Source: Eledone cirrhosa
Lineage: Eukaryota
Length of the DNA stretch: 64,000 nucleotides
Direction of reading: 5' to 3'
Assembly (NCBI GenBank): GCA_964016885.1
Contig: OZ024743.1
Coordinates: 329,840,001 to 329,904,000 of the forward strand
The notes below the pieces were generated by a model. That model did not search any database. It was not told the DNA's origin and saw only the letters and a list, made by a program, of their open reading frames with translations. The translations under genes were made by a program, and so were the position numbers. Numbering within the stretch: the first letter of the stretch is position 1; every line of letters begins with the position of its first letter. Below, piece by piece: positions 28,681-41,399 of this stretch.

Positions 28681-28720
28681 CCCACACCCTCTCTCTCTAT
28701 CTCTCTGCCTCTCTCTCTCG
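28405..28720. repeat. (CT)n-rich tract
   Basis: Direct reading. Confidence 0.95.
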
Positions 28721-28831
28721 CCCACACTTTTTGCGAAAGAGTCTGAACTGAATGTATATATCAGCAGAGGATAGAGTTAATGTTTACAAGGTAAAGATTG
28801 GCAGTGAAATCAAAGCTTCCACTGTGCTTCG

Positions 28832-28907
<76 letters not shown>

Positions 28908-29241
28908 CGTAATAGTTCCTTTGTTCTTTTTCATTAATATTTCTGCTCTGCTTACACGCACAGAGCTTAACTAGCTACCGTCGCATATTTGGTAGGTCGG
29001 GCGTGATCATCGCGATTCACATACGACCTACCATACATCTTGCTTATATATATATATTTATATATATTTATATATATATATACTCTTTTACCTGTTTCAG
29101 CCATCTGGCTGAGGCCATGCTAGGGCAACGCATATATATATATATTTATAAATTATACATAATTAAATTTGTAACGAATACACATAACATCTCAATGAGA
29201 AGAAATCGTTAAAAAATCTCATTCAGAGAAGCAAATATATA

Positions 29242-29849
29242 TAGAACATTCTCATACAAATCTCTGAATGCTAGATCCTAGTATAGTACTCTAAAACGAA
29301 CACTTCACAAGCATCTTTCCCTAGGGACATATTCACAGTCAAGCAACCTAAAAATAGGAACCTGGTTTAAAATTCCCTGACTGCAGTTTCAAAACTGAAG
29401 AATAAATCTGACCATTCCAATAGATTGATATGGCCGTCATTAACAGAACAGTTTTTCATCGGAGGGTATTCTGTAATATATAAGAAAAATACAAATATCC
29501 GTTGGGAGAAATTGTGTCCTCCACAAGGGTAGTTCCCCCTGTATGGCCTCAGCCAGATGGCTGAAACAGGTAAAAGAGTAAAAGAGTATGTCTGCTCGAA
29601 CCAGCATGGTGCAATACAAAATGATAAATAATAATATTGCAAGCATGCAATGTTCTCTTAATGACGCCCACATTGGAATGGTCAGATTTATTCTTCAGTT
29701 TTGAAACTGCAGTCAGAGAATTTGTAGTCAAACTTCCTATTTCTAGGTCGCTTGACTGTGGATATGTCCCAAGGAAAACATGCTTATGAAGTGTTCTCTT
29801 TTGGAGTACTTTACTGGGATCTACCATTTCAGTGATTTTGTATAAGATG

Positions 29850-29852
<3 letters not shown>
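29242..29852. repeat. ~180-bp diverged inverted repeat pair
   Basis: 29242-29421 is the reverse complement of 29672-29852; outer ends at TA runs. Confidence 0.8.
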
Positions 29853-29926
<74 letters not shown>

Positions 29927-30917
29927 GACCCCCCCCCCACCACCACCACCATACACACACACACATATGTATATATATATATATATAATGTATATGTAAC
30001 ATCTTTTCTCTTGCTTATACTTTCGGCTTATACCCCAAATGCGAAAGGGTTCAAACCCACTAATTTCAAGGCGTTCCCCCCCCCTCTCTCTGTGCAGTCG
30101 GACGTACACATAATCACGCAAAGGTTAGAAAGAAACCAACACAATTTCATTCTTTCTCCTTTTTTCATAATATTATTTATTTATTTGGATCTATATTTTA
30201 TTTATTTTGTTTCACTTTACTTTTACTTTCACTTTCCGAAATTGTCAGACAGACAAAAATATCGAGCGTTGCCCTCTAAGATAGCAGCAATTAGAAAACA
30301 ATCTCAGAAAGCCGATATTCTTCCTTTGTTCTCTAAAGACAGTAATCTCTTCACACCACCAACAACAGACAGGTTCGTTCTTAGCAGTGTGAACTTATAG
30401 AGCAGAGCTGTCCAGACACTGGCAAACATTTCGTGTGAGTCATTCGATTGGAGGAAGGGGGGGGGGGGGTAGAGGTCGAGTACGACGAGGAGAAGGATCA
30501 ATTGATTAGTATAGGAATTTATGCGTATATGTGAGTGTGTTTGTACATGTGTGTACGTTTGTGTATGTAGTAGTGTAGGTGTGTGTATGTGTGAGTGTTT
30601 GTGTTCGTATAAACTAAAAGGAAGTAAAGGCGAATCCGGAGTAATGATTTGAAGTTTCAGCGTCAGCTTCCAATAAATTATATAATTTATGTCTGAATAC
30701 ACTAACACATATGGACCCATTCCCCCACACACATATATATATATAGACGAACACACACACACATACACACACATGCACTCAAACGCACACACACACACAC
30801 ACAGACGTACATGTATGTGTATGTATGTATATAATAAGTAAACAGAAACAACAAACTAAACGACAGAGTACATTGAAGAAATATATTAATTTAACGCTTG
30901 AAATAGCAGGAGCACAG

Positions 30918-30953
30918 TCTTAACGTTTCGGACACTAGTCCTTCATCAGAAGA
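30918..30953 (-). ncRNA. Minimal type I hammerhead ribozyme motif
   Basis: Minus strand: tctt-CTGATGA-a-ggac tagt gtcc-GAAAC GTT-aaga; stem III reduced to palindrome AACGTT, as in Penelope-type minimal hammerheads. Confidence 0.75.
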
Positions 30954-31312
30954 AAATTAGAAATAAGAAACAGAGTGAGAAGAGGAAGGAACGAGAAACA
31001 ATGAGAAAAAAGAGGGAAAGCATACGTGCATATTCAGTCAGCATTTTGAACAGATGCTGGTCAAGGCGTATCTTACGTGTTAGAGAGGTTTACGAAAGGA
31101 GGTAATCATTGTATATGTAGGGTGGACATCTGTGTATGCGTGTGTATGTGTGAGTGTATGTACAAGTGTGTGCGTGCGTGCGTAGGTGTGTATGTATATT
31201 TGAAGAATGGGCGTTGAACCGTGACACACACATGTATGCACGAGGCTTCTGTGTTCAAGTCGAAACTGCTTGGCACCGCGGTCGGTATTTTACATATCTC
31301 TCTCTCTCTCCC

Positions 31313-31399
<87 letters not shown>

Positions 31400-31439
31400 A
31401 GAACCGTAGAGCAAATATTTATTTAAATAACAGATTAAA

Positions 31440-31489
31440 TTTTAAGCAAAGAATCGCTACTTTCACCCTTAACGGGATCTTCTGAAACT
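31440..31489 (-). ncRNA. Hammerhead-like fold with variant core CAGAAGA (family X)
   Basis: agttt-CAGAAGA-tccc gttaa gggt-GAAAgta gcgattctt tgCTT-aaaa. Confidence 0.55.
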
Positions 31490-31870
31490 AAGAAAAATCA
31501 ATCTGTAAACGCAGAAGTAAATATTTCGAAAAACGTTGCAACCGAAGGAAGACAGGAGGACGATACTTTGGTTCGTGGAAACGATCCCTGGCAAAGAACT
31601 GAAAAATACGAAGATAATACGTCATTATTTTGAGCATTGTAAACAATTACACGCAAAGACAAAACCACGTTTATGGTATAAATGAATTCGTAGACTAATA
31701 TTCTATTAGGTGGTTCGTGGAGACGGTCTCTGGCAATGAACGGAAAAAACGAAGATAATACGCCATTATGTGGAGAGGTGAGAACAGTTACACGCAAAGG
31801 CAAAACCACGTTTATGGTATAACTGAAGTGGTAGACTAAAATTCTATTTAGGAAACCGAATGATTCTCGG

Positions 31871-32050
31871 CTTCAGAGTTAAGAATAATTGTTTCTACTT
31901 TAGGCTCAAGGCCAGCAATTACCCAGTACATTACTGGTACTTTATTTTATCGACCCCGTAAGGATGAAAGGCAAAGTTAACCTCGGCGGGATTTGAACTC
32001 AGACTGTAAAGGGACGTAACTATGCTAAACCCTTCAGAGTTAAGAATAAT
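31871..32050 (-). mobile_element. 5'-truncated SINE family A with 19-bp target site duplication
   Basis: cttcagagttaagaataat at 31871-31889 and 32032-32050. Confidence 0.9.
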
Positions 32051-32258
32051 GTAAATAAATTATAGTTATACCATAAACGTAGTTTTGCCTTTGCGAATAA
32101 TTGTTCTCTTCGCTCCACATAATGACGTATTATCTTCGTTTTTTTCCAGTTCGTTGCCAGGGATGGTTTCCACGAACCAAAGTATCGTCTTCCTGTCTTC
32201 CTTCGGTTGCAACGTTTTTCGAAATATTTACTTCTGCGTTCACAGATTGATTTTTTTT

Positions 32259-32309
32259 AGTTTCAGAAGACCCCGTTAAGGGTGAAAGTAGCGATTCCTT
32301 GCTTAAAAT
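32259..32309 (+). ncRNA. Hammerhead-like fold with variant core CAGAAGA (family X)
   Basis: agttt-CAGAAGA-cccc gttaa gggt-GAAAgta gcgattcct tgCTT-aaaat. Confidence 0.55.
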
Positions 32310-32350
32310 TTAATCTGTTATTTTAATAAATAAATATATATATATATATT

Positions 32351-32435
<85 letters not shown>

Positions 32436-32489
32436 TATACATATATATATATATACATATATATATGTATATATTTATATATATATACA

Positions 32490-32626
<137 letters not shown>

Positions 32627-34264
32627 TGATAAATGTAAACACATTTATATATAGATATATGTAGTACTTTCACACTTAAATGAGAGAGAGGGCAAATGAG
32701 GTTCTAGATTGATGTTAGAGAGAGGAAAGAGTTAGTGTGGAGAAATGAAAACTACTTTGTTTTCTCTTATTATATAATGGATATTGCAGTGATTTTCTCA
32801 GAAATAGTTCCACGTGACTTTCTAACGAGAACATTTGATGTTGGCGGTGGCGGGTTATTTCTTCCCCAGAAACAAGCCATTCTTGGAGTCTGGTAATATG
32901 GCGGCATATTGGCAGACTCGTTACGGCGGCTTCACATTAAAAACTCCTCGGTATTTGTTCCGTTTCAATGCATCAATGCACTCTGAGTTCAAATCCTGCC
33001 AATCTCAACTCTGCCTTTCATATCCTTTTTTCTGGGGCAGTGGGCACCATTCTCTCTCTATTTCTCTTTATCACACCCAATCACCATCTCTCGCTCTCTC
33101 TTTCTCTTTATTCCTCTTTTTCTTTCTTTGCACCTCTTTCTCTCTCTCTCCCTCTCTCTAAAGAGAGAGAGAGAGAAAGAGCAACCAGCTGTGTTCAGAC
33201 CTGGAGAAGGAGGGACATTACCAGGTTTGAAATGCCCAACTCGGCACTCCAATGATTCCATCAGGAATTGAGTGCATTTATTCTTTATTCTGACATTTCA
33301 TCTTGTTGAGGAAGATAAGCATATCATATGAAATACAAGCTACCTATGACCCCCTCGCCTGTCCTTGCAGTCGTACTATAACTCTTTAGAGAGTAAAGTG
33401 CTGTGAGAGAGATTTAGCTCTCATTGCTTGGTTGGCAGACTTAATTTGTTTTAACTTAATCCCATGGTCCTAGGGTCACTACGTTGGAGTCCATTGTAGA
33501 TTTTAGGCAATCAGCTTTTTCGTACGGCAGATCCAACTCTATTGCAGGTGTTTCGGCGATTACCTGGTCATCGGGTGACTATGGAGGGTCCACTCTATAG
33601 CATGTATTTGGGCAAGATCTTCAGATTGAGGATAAATTCTCTCATCTGTCTTGTGAATTGTAAAAAAAGAGGTACGGCCTCTGCCCCTTTTCTCCTGATT
33701 AAACCCTACGAGGTTTGTGTCAGTATTGTATTATATGAGATAGAAATGACTGGGAAATATTGGTTATAGGTTTATGTTAACATAGGTGTCAAACAAGAAA
33801 GCCACCAGCACCACCACCACTACTAATTAATTATAGGTAACATTATAGAAATATAAACATCTGATAGGTGAATGGAATTATAAGAACCAAGGTATTTCAT
33901 TCCGTAAAATAACAACTGGAATGAGAAATGTTTTCAGGTGTTTAAATAGTTCACAACACATGTTCATATTAAACACAAGTTAGCGATATTAACTGGATCA
34001 GTTCACACCGGTTGATGCTAAACACCAATTATAGTGATGTTAACTAGTTCAATTCACACCTGGTCATGCTAAACAACAATTACAGTAATGTTAACTGGGT
34101 CAATTCAATTTACCAGTGTAACCAGCCGAGGGAGCCTCTATAAAATCCTTAAGGTGGCATGAAGCGGATGGGATCATTTTGTTGGTAACTTTATCTGTTA
34201 GAAATAGCTGTCAAATCTCCCTCAATTCATAGTAGAACTATTTAGTAAAGAAAAGATTTCTTCG

Positions 34265-35225
34265 CCCATTTATTCCTGAGTGTCTTGAGGGCAGAGTCTT
34301 AAAATACTCCTTCTAACGGGTCCTGTAAGAAGCAACAGTCTCTAGTTGATTCGGTTGGATCCCCAAGCGAGACCAGCCGATTTCATGGGGATTATCCAGC
34401 CATCTTGCTCAAGGTTTACCCCCTGGATCTCCTGCCTGTTGGTTTTGCCTATAAAATCTTTCCTGAGATATTCTAATCACATTCCCGTAATATCGAATTG
34501 AAGATAGCTAATTTGGTTTTTACACCTACCTCCCTTCTGATTGCCGAATGCTGAAGCTGGCGCATTACTACACCAGCTCTTGCAATTCTTGCACTTAATT
34601 CAGCCTCCTGCCTTCCATCATACGGCCCTAGCTACTTGAACGTCTCCACCTGCTTTAGTGGAAGTCCATTCACATGTAGATTCCACTGCGCAGGCTTATC
34701 GAGAGGACGAGTGTCTCAGTCTTCGATGTCCTGATTTTCATTCCAGCTATGCAGCACTCAGCATCAAACCTATCAAGTACAAGTTGCAGCCTACATCTGT
34801 CGAGTTAAGTAACACCATGTCGTCTGCAAATTCCAGCCGACTGATTTTACAGCCGCCAGTCGTGATACCACTTCCAACCCGGCTGCGCATGTCAATCCTG
34901 TTCATGAAAATATTGAACAGAAGAGGTGACAGTACGCATCCTTGGCGGAGTCCGAATCGCACATTGAATGGTTTTGATTTAGCATCATTTATCCGAACAC
35001 AAATACCTGGGCATTCGCATAGAGACATCGGGGCAACAAGAAGCTGACCAACAATTCTATAATCCTACAGAACCTTTCATAGCAGGTTTCGTGGTATACT
35101 GTCATATGCATTTTCGAGGTCTGCAAAGCAAGAATACACCTCCTGGCAGTACTCACACGGTTTCTCAAAGACCTGCAGCAGTGTGAATATTTGGCCGGTT
35201 GTGCTGCACCGGGCCGAAAACCACA
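34265..35225 (-). pseudogene. RTE-clade LINE reverse transcriptase remnant
   Basis: GLRQGCVLSPLLFNIFM and LEFADDMVLL RT motifs; upstream CFADLENAYDSIPR; stops and frameshifts; 3' part homologous to 7484-7750. Confidence 0.92.
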
Positions 35226-35427
35226 CTATTCATCAGATAGCTTGGATTCCACAATAATTTTAAACAAAAGGAACTCTGGATGACATAGTTTTAAGATAGA
35301 GTGTGTCAAAGACAAACTGACGAGATGCGAACGAGAAACACACGGGTAATAGGCTAGCTCGGTCTTCGGTAATCTGTGTGGGGGTGAGAGTGTGGGGGTG
35401 AGAGTCAAACAATAACAACATCAACAA

Positions 35428-35857
35428 TAATGGTTTTTTGATTTAAGCACAAGGCCAACAATCCTACTAATAATTGTTTCTACTTTTAGGCACAGGCCAG
35501 CAATTACCCAGTGCATTACTGGTACTTTATTTTATCGACCCCTTAAGGATGAAAGGCAAAGTCAACCTCGGCGGGATTTGAACTCAGATCGTAAAGGGAC
35601 GTAACTATGCTGGATAGCACGGCGTCCGACCCTCTACCGATACTGCCAGTCCACCGCCCTACACTCCTACTAATAATTGTTTCTACTTTAGGCACAAGGC
35701 CAGCAAATACCCAGTTCATTACTGGTACTTTATTTTATCGACCCCGTAAGGATGAAAGGCAAAGTCAACCTCGGCGGGATTTGAACTCAGATCGTAAAGG
35801 GACGTAACTATGCTGGAAAGCATGGCGTCCGACCCTCTACCGATACTGCCAATCCAC
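35428..35857 (-). mobile_element. Tandem dimer of young SINE family A copies plus a tail fragment
   Basis: Near-identical ~195-bp units, each starting 'tcctactaataattgtttctac'. Confidence 0.9.
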
Positions 35858-36444
35858 GTCAATCTATCATAAGTGTCATTTCCATAAAGACTCTTAAGTT
35901 TCGTTGCTAGGTATGCAAAGTAAAGGACATGGAATTAAATGTCCTCCCTGCTTAGAAACAAAAGGTGAAACCTACTGAAGCAAAACGAATTCTCCTATTC
36001 AGGAAGTCTGTGGTATAATGGGTTAATAATTCAGCCATTTTGAATTCTTTGGCGGCAAAATTACATGCATGTAATTAGCGCGTAATTAAGAGTGTGCAGT
36101 GAATAAATATGTAAATTTGCGTCGACATGTAATTAAAGAATGTGTAGTGAAATATACGTATTTTGTCATACCTAATTATGGATGTATAATTAAAAATATA
36201 GAAACATTGTTACTTGAGAATGCGTATAATTTCGTATATGTAATTATGTAACTAATTATAGATGTTTAATGAAGGATAAGTATAATTAGGACATGCAATT
36301 AGGCGTTCGATAAGAATAAGTATCAGATATATTGGTGATCTATCATTGATATTCACGCCCCTCTCTCATCCAAGTGTTGATTTTCAGATTCTTTGAACCC
36401 TATATGTCTCATACATTTGACAATTAGTTTTCTAATTGTACTCA

Positions 36445-36865
36445 CAGCATGGAGCAATGGGTAAGAAGTTTGCTTCGTAATGATTATTAGGTCCCGGGTT
36501 CAATCCCACTGCATGATGACATATTGGACAGGGGTCATTTGTAATAGCCTCAAGTTGGCCCATGCCTTGTGAATGAAACAAGCTAGACGGAAACTGTTAG
36601 CAAGCCCATTGGATGAATTGTGTCTGTAATTCAAAGGGCGTTGTTTCTTTAAGCAAAACATATTTAATGTTGTTCCAGGTACTCAGCTGGCAAAAATATG
36701 TTGAACCTTTATTTCTGATGACCAGCCTTATTATTGTGTCACACAGAATCTCCCCGAGAATTCTGTAAAGTATTATCTGTTGAATGATCAACTACTTACA
36801 CGTAAATTTGATGAACAATCTGTTCCATTGATCAAACTAGAATACTCATCATCGAAACCGACGTA
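36445..36865 (+). mobile_element. Diverged SINE(s), CORE/OR-like
   Basis: 'gggttcaatccc' B-box; 'ccttgtgaatg...tagacggaaactg..agcaagccc' segment shared with 28255-28300. Confidence 0.55.
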
Positions 36866-37529
36866 AGTCTATCCCATGCATATTTCCTCCTATGGCACTT
36901 GGTTGTGATATTATCTAACAACCAATACTTTGTGAAATGTCGTCAGGCATTTCATATTTTCTGTCAATTTAATTAACATGTAATATATTTTATCTACGGT
37001 TAGTTTCCTAACTGGCGATATTTCGTTCATTAGTTTAACACTAGGGAACATTTACTGACAACACCACCACGAGCTAATCAAACTTCACCATACACAAATG
37101 TTTGTATATCGTATGATGTTGGTGTCAGGCAATAGATGATTATTCACTTTAGAATTGAGGAAATGATTGAGTTATTTGTATCATGGATCCCCCGTCGATG
37201 TCTTCGATGAGCAGTCAGTCGTTCGATCCAGTAAACATCAACCTTGTGAATGAAAGTGTAAGTATTTCACAGACACGTGTACTCTTATGATATTTCAGTA
37301 GAATCAGCGTGACACGATTTGCGGCTATGCTGGACGTGGGAATTGCAACGGCTACCATACGGAATGGCTTCCAGACAGTTTCCATCTATTAAATTTCACT
37401 CATAATGTGTGGTGGAGATGCCGAACTTATCACGCAGTATGCTCGAACTCGAAACATAATGTGCCGAAACCAGTAAAATATAACATCTCGAAATAATAAT
37501 TCCTACTATGGTAGCAGTAGTGATAGAAA

Positions 37530-37935
37530 TAATGATTTCTACTTTAGGCACAAGGCCAGCAAATACACCGTGCATTACTGGTACTTTATTTTATCGACCC
37601 CGTAAGGATGAAAGGCAAAGTCAACCTCGGCGGGAGTTGAACTCAGATCGTAAAGGGACGTAACTATGCTGGATAGCATGGCGTCCGACCCTCTACCGAT
37701 ACTGCCAATCCACCGCCCTTGTAGTGGTAGAAATAATTGTTTCTGAATGAGGCACAAAGCCAACAGGGGGAGTAAAAGTCGATTAAATCGGCCCCAGTGC
37801 ATCACTGCTACTTTATTTTATTAACCATGTAAGGAGAAAGGCAAACTAACCTCGGCGGCCATTGAAGCCAGAACGTAAAGAGAAGAAGTAACTCTACGCT
37901 GCAAAGTATGGTGTCTGACGCTCTACCGATACTAC
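37530..37935 (-). mobile_element. Two tandem SINE family A copies
   Basis: Same body as 35470-35857. Confidence 0.88.
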
Positions 37936-38165
37936 CAGGTCATCAGAGTTCTCTATATTTAATAGATCAGTGGTGAGGTGTTTCATCTAGATATACTTCT
38001 GGATCATTTGTGTTAATCCTTTTTTATACCAACACGCCTGAAACCACTCCCGGCTCTACAATACAAAACTGTTTATTATAAAGTGTTTATATGTACGTAA
38101 AAAATACCCACTATCATAATCTTATATTAAAACTTGATTAATATATGTTCTAATTATCAGTTTAA

Positions 38166-38386
38166 CCCTTTAGCATTTACATTACTCTGTATCTACTGTT
38201 GTATTTTTGTGGTAAAGGTTTTACCTCACATAATTATTTCACATAATATCGAATCTATGGGATTTTGATGTTATTTATTTTTAGAACAATACCTTAACGT
38301 CAGTATGAGTGGCCAATTATGACTGGTTTGACCAGAAAGAGGTGAAAGAATTCTGGCCGGATATGGCCGGTTTTAATGCTAAAAGG
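38166..38386. mobile_element. piggyBac-type MITE with TTAA target duplication
   Basis: TTAA-ccctttagcatt ... aatgctaaaagg-TTAA. Confidence 0.75.
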
Positions 38387-38539
38387 TTAATAATCGCATC
38401 GAATTCGTGAATTGTATAATCATCAGAAAATCATAGGCAGTGGCTTCCGTTAGACATGTGGTGAAGAAAGGGTTAAAACATGGGAATTATTTTCCTAAAG
38501 CTAAAAACTGTCTCAAACCAGAAGTCTCGCTAGGCCGGT

Positions 38540-38776
38540 GTGTATCCTAGATTCGTGGCGTGAAGCGACTGAAAGTAAAAGAGTACCCCTGGCCAGGACA
38601 CCAGTACATTGCAGAGTTAAACTCCCAGCTACAGCTGATACTCATTTTCAGCTGACTATACCGGATGAACGTGAAATGAAGTGTTTTGATCAAGAACGCA
38701 ACATGCAACCCGGTTCAGGAATCGAATCCACGATTGGTCGTAAGCCCACCACTCTTACCACTAGGCTACGCGCCTC
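38540..38776 (-). mobile_element. CORE-type SINE
   Basis: Minus strand 'gaggcgcgtagcctagtggtaagagtg...ggattcgattcctgaacc...ttcttgatcaaaacacttcatttcac'. Confidence 0.75.
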
Positions 38777-38830
38777 CACTATTTACCACCAACAGAAATT
38801 TCCACATGTATACATACATACATTTATACG

Positions 38831-38893
<63 letters not shown>

Positions 38894-38929
38894 CGTTTAA
38901 GGTAAAGGTACTTAATATCACGTCTATCC

Positions 38930-39023
<94 letters not shown>

Positions 39024-39059
39024 ACGTATATATGTATGTAAGTATATATGTACGTATAA

Positions 39060-39097
<38 letters not shown>

Positions 39098-39129
39098 AGA
39101 ACAAAAGATGGTTTAAAGAGTTCCATGTA

Positions 39130-39196
39130 TTTTATTATGCGCATTTCAAAAACAAATATCATCATGCAATAATATTTGTGTTTTCATCAGATAAAA
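39130..39196 (-). ncRNA. Type I hammerhead ribozyme motif (left arm)
   Basis: Reverse complement of 39401-39467. Confidence 0.8.
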
Positions 39197-39400
39197 CAGG
39201 AAGACATGATATGAAGGTTAAAAAACACTTGTGGATAGTGCAGTTTTAAATCAACATTGCTTTATTGTACTACAATAAAACTCACCTCCTACATATATAT
39301 ATATGTAGGAGGTGAGATTTATTGTAGTACAATAAAGCAATGTTGATTTAAAACTGCACTATCCACAAGTGTTTTTTAACCTTCATATCATGTCTTCCTG

Positions 39401-39467
39401 TTTTATCTGATGAAAACACAAATATTATTGCATGATGATATTTGTTTTTGAAATGCGCATAATAAAA
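39401..39467 (+). ncRNA. Type I hammerhead ribozyme motif (right arm)
   Basis: ttttat-CTGATGA-aaacacaaatattatt gcat gatgatatttgttttt-GAAAT gcgc ATA-ataaaa; 6-bp stem I, ~15-bp stem II, palindromic loop III. Confidence 0.8.
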
Positions 39468-39497
39468 TACATGGAACTCTTTTAACCATCTTTTGTT

Positions 39498-39542
<45 letters not shown>

Positions 39543-39578
39543 TTATACGGACATATATACTTACATACATATATACGT

Positions 39579-39642
<64 letters not shown>

Positions 39643-39984
39643 GGATAGACGTGATATTAAGTACTTTTACCTTAAACGAAATGAAGTAGGCAGAGAGGCG
39701 CTGGGCGTCACGAAACAAGATGTTTAGCCTGTAATACATGTTTAGAGAGACATGTCCTTATCACATGTATATTGTGTACACATGAGAGAAAACATACAGA
39801 ACCACTCACTGCCATGCACGCTTGGAAACATACTTACATACATAGATGAACACATACATACATACATACATATATACGTATATACTTACATACATATACA
39901 CGTACGTACATATATGCATGCATATATATACATACATTTATACGTACATATATACATACATACATATATACATATATATACATA

Positions 39985-40023
<39 letters not shown>

Positions 40024-40025
40024 AC

Positions 40026-40125
<100 letters not shown>

Positions 40126-40153
40126 ATATATGTATATATATTTATATATATAC

Positions 40154-40192
<39 letters not shown>

Positions 40193-40227
40193 AACATACA
40201 TACATTTATACGTACATATATACATAC

Positions 40228-41366
40228 ATGGTGGTGGCTGCCAACTCGTTTTCGAGTACGGCCACTACTTTATATCCATGTAGGAGAACCCCTACCGATG
40301 CGCTGAACGAGTGTGACTTTTCAGTCCAGCCAGCGACTTGAAAACTCTAGTACAAACACTACACCTGTGACAATGATTGACACACAGTGCTGGGCCCATG
40401 GTACCATGTGACGACAAGTGCAGAGAGATCTCCAGATATAAAGCAATGCCTGTGCCGTGAAGCTTTTATAGTGAGCAAAGGCACTGCACAAAGCCAGTCC
40501 CACTCTCTTAACCAAGATGATATTTACCAAAAAGAAGAACAAGTCAACATCATTGGATACCATCAGGGTTGCAGGTGTTATATCAGAGTTTTCCTTCTGC
40601 TAGAATTCTGCCTTGACAAAGGCTAAGGGGTCATCTCTCCCGGTGATACATATACATACATATACATACATACATACATATATATATACATACATACATA
40701 TATACATACATATATATATACATGGTGGCTGCCAACTCGTCTTCGAGTACGGCCACTACTTTATATCCATGTAGGAGAACCCCTACCGATGCGCTGAACG
40801 AGTGTGACTTTTTAGTCCAGCCAGCGACTTGAAAACTCTGGTACAAACACTACACTTGTGACAATCATTGACACATAGTGCTGGGCCCATGGTACCATGT
40901 GACGACAAGTGCAGAGAGATCTCCAGATATAAAGCAATGCCTGTGCCGTGAAGCTTTTATAGTGAGCAAAGGCACTGCACAAAGCCAGTCCCACTCGCTT
41001 AACCAAGATGATATTTACCAAAAAGAAGAACAAGTCAACATCATTGGATACCATCAGGGTTGCAGGTGTTATATCAGAGTTTTCCTTCTCCTAGAATTCT
41101 GCCTTGACAAAGGCTAAGGGGTCATCTCTCCCAGTGATTTTGGATGGCCATTGACTCTTAAGAGCTCCTTTGCCCTTTGACAGGTTTTGTTTTTAGTCCT
41201 GCAGGATGTCCAAAGTCACCCTCCTCATCAAGAAACCTTGGTGGGGTTGCCAGTTTAGTCGCCAACGACCCGACCATGAGACAGGTTGTACTGGGATACA
41301 TGTTACCAGTAGCACCAAGTGGTGACCTGACATATACATACATACATACATACATACATACATACA

Positions 41367-41399
<33 letters not shown>

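Larger units (their letters stand above)
31399..32335. mobile_element. Inverted pair of pLTR-like repeats (family X) interrupted by a SINE
   Basis: 31415-31680 is inverted relative to 32068-32335; internal ~140-bp duplication (31570-31850); ends at (CT)n and (TA)n. Confidence 0.75.
38890..39681. repeat. ~800-bp near-perfect palindrome centred on a short (AT) run
   Basis: Arms mirror each other about 39298/39299, including internal TA tracts. Confidence 0.92.

Noticed and set aside
33540-33580. Minus-strand ccgatga...ccgaaacacctgca as a hammerhead
   Set aside because: Several core changes and no stem I
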